From Rhynchobatus australiae (Eukaryota): a DNA stretch of 64,000 nucleotides. Below are positions 61,930 to 64,000 of this stretch, piece after piece; positions within the stretch are counted from its first letter, which is position 1; every line of letters begins with the position of its first letter. The notes beneath the pieces were generated by a model. It saw only the letters and a list, made by a program, of their open reading frames with translations. It made no database searches and was not told the origin of the DNA. The position numbers and the translations under genes are program-made. The DNA is taken from NCBI GenBank assembly GCA_034780895.1, contig JAUZTB010000033.1:35458918-35522917 (forward strand). The letters are read 5' to 3'.

Positions 61930-62300
61930 TTCAAAAAGGGGTACAAGATCAGAGAGAACTGAGTTCATATGTTCAGAGTTCATTGAAAGTAACAGGACAA
62001 GTTGAGAAAGCTTCCAGGATTCTGGGCTTCATAAATGGGCCCAGAGTATAAGAGCAACAAAGTCATGATAAACCTTTTAAAACACTGGTTTAGTCATAAC
62101 TGGAGCATGGTGTCCAGTTCTGGAAATCAAACTTCAGGAGAGGTATCAAGGCTTTGGAGGGACTGCTGAAGAGATTCATTAAATTGATTCCAGGGATGTG
62201 GGTCGTTAGTTATGTGGACAGACTCAAGAAGCTGTCGTTGGTCATTTTGGAACACAGGAACTGTGAGGAGATCTGACAGGTATTTAAATCATGAAGGCTA
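61930..62300 (+). mobile_element. Degraded CR1 ORF2 fragment
   Basis: aaacactggtttagtcataactggagcatggtgtccagttctgg (LVRPxLEYCVQFW-like). Confidence 0.7.
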
Positions 62301-62334
62301 GAAACAGTGTAATTGGACACAAACTGTTCTCATC

Positions 62335-62580
62335 GGTGGTGGGGTGGGGGGAAAGATGAGGATAGTGACAAGGGAACAAAATAGGGGAAAGGTGGGAGCC
62401 AAGGATGGAGAGGATATGGATTGGAGTTCAAAGTAGGGAGAAGGCAGGAGCAGGGGAGGAGAAGGAACAAAAATGTTGAGAGGGCACAGATGAGAGGGGA
62501 GTGAAGGGGAGAGAATCTGGGGTCGTGGATCAGAGGGAGGGAGGTTTGTTTGAAATGGAGGAACAAGAATGAAAGAACGC
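62335..62580. repeat. Purine (G/A)-rich low-complexity tract
   Basis: Dense gga/ggg/gag runs on the + strand. Confidence 0.65.
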
Positions 62581-63104
62581 ACAACCAGCAGACCCAGCTG
62601 GAGTGCTGAAAGCACACACTCGGCATGTACCCTCACTACTCACCAGTGTACTGTGCCTTTGATATCTGAGCAGTTGGAGAATCTGAAGAATGTTATTATA
62701 ATTATCAACTGTGGCTGAACATACTCCAATAATGTGATGTCATCCTGTGGTAATCATGACATTTGTTTTATATCTGAAGTGTAAATGTGGAACTATCTAA
62801 ATACAGGTTAATAAAAATGCTTGGCTCTGGACTACATTGTTCACCTAGACTGGTTTGCTGTGCACCTGATGCACCTGCCATTCAGCTTGAGCCCAAGTGC
62901 ACTGGGTGTGGCTTTATAAGCAAGAAATTATCTTGCCACATTTTATTCCCAAGTATTTCTAATGTACCATTTTGAATGTCAGCATATTTTTCTATTTACA
63001 TACTAGTAAACTATAAGTATTACCATTGTTTCACAGTATTACTATTTTGTCCAAATATTTGCTTAAACAAGAACCATTGCAAATTTTTTGTCTTTGTTTC
63101 TCAA

Positions 63105-63410
63105 TAGTCTCAGTATTCTCACACCAGCAACCTCTACCACCACTGGAACTTCAGGCACCATCTGCACATTCCCCTTCAAATCACACCCCATCCTGATTTG
63201 GAAGTATATCAGGGTGGGTTTCTCCCAGATACTCTGGTTTCCTTCCACATCCAAAGACTTGGTAGGTTAATTAGCTGATATAAATTATCCCTTGCATGGA
63301 TGGATGGTAGGAGTGGTTGGCATGCGAGAGAGAATAAGTTACAGGGATACAAATGAGGGAACGGAAGCTGATGTATAGTTAATGGACCAGTTGGCCTCTT
63401 TTTGTCATGA
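63105..63410 (+). mobile_element. CR1/L2-group 3' fragment abutting a truncated V-SINE
   Basis: caccatctgcacattccccttcaaatcacaccccatcctgatttggaagtatatc directly followed by gggtttctcccagatactctggtttccttccacatccaaagac. Confidence 0.65.
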
Positions 63411-63719
63411 GGAAAGATGAAGTACCCATGTTCTACAGTGTAGTGGCCTTTATTTGAGGACAAGATTGGACTTAGCAGTGATGCTGCCAAAGGTTAATAG
63501 CTTGCCTCTACACTCTCTCTCAGCTCTTACAGTGGAGCTTGGCACTGGAGGTGGCCACCATCAGGGATGCCCACAACCATTTTCCATGGCTGTGAGAAAA
63601 CTGGAAACAGAGAAATCCTGGAGCACAACAGAATCTGCCACCCCTGCAGCCATTGAGCGAAAAGTCAAATGTCCTGGGTTTTGAGAAAGATGTGGAGTTA
63701 TTCCTAAATGGTAATTAAA

Positions 63720-64000
63720 TGTGTCCTCACATTTTCTACCAGCTCCAACAAGATTCCACCACCAGACACATCTTACCCCCACCCCACCCCCAAATCAGCA
63801 TTTTGAAAGGATCCTGTCTCAATGTGCTCTTCACCAACCACTCCCCATCTTATGACATTTTCCCTTGCAAATGGGAGAGTTGCAACACCTGTCCATTCAC
63901 CTCTTCCTTTGCCACCATCCAGAAACCCAAATAGTCTCTCCAGGTGAAGCAGGAATTTACTTGCACTTCTTCCAATCTGGCATTCTGCATTCAGTGTTCA
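63720..64000 (+). mobile_element. Penelope-like element linker and GIY-YIG start (runs off the window)
   Basis: FYQLQQDSTTRHILP..FPCKWESCNTCPFTSSFATIQKPK*SLQVKQEFTCTSSNLAFCIQCS. Confidence 0.85.

Noticed and set aside
63454-63684. Possible Harbinger Myb/SANT-like ORF remnant
   Set aside because: Similarity is too weak to support by eye.

Overview
Repeat-rich, AT-rich vertebrate genomic DNA from a draft assembly with many N gaps. The repeat inventory (HE1/V-type and Deu-domain SINEs, CR1, Rex1/Babar, RTE, Penelope-like elements) points to a cartilaginous fish, probably a ray or relative; this is inferred from recognised repeat families, not from a search. I found no convincing host protein-coding exon, RNA gene or CRISPR array. 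Every recognisable ORF is a decayed transposon fragment: CR1 ORF1/ORF2, RTE, Rex/Babar, Penelope RT/GIY-YIG, two Ty3/Gypsy fossils and a Harbinger-like transposase fossil. The window therefore looks like a large intron or gene desert with a few repeat-free, motif-dense islands that could be enhancers. The most notable signal is at least 8 short Penelope-derived single-arm or fold-back (palindromic) elements whose centres carry decayed minimal hammerhead-ribozyme cores, two of them flanked by direct repeats. V-SINEs also occur with two different LINE-like tails. Element boundaries are estimates by eye (about +/-30 bp unless a motif is quoted).
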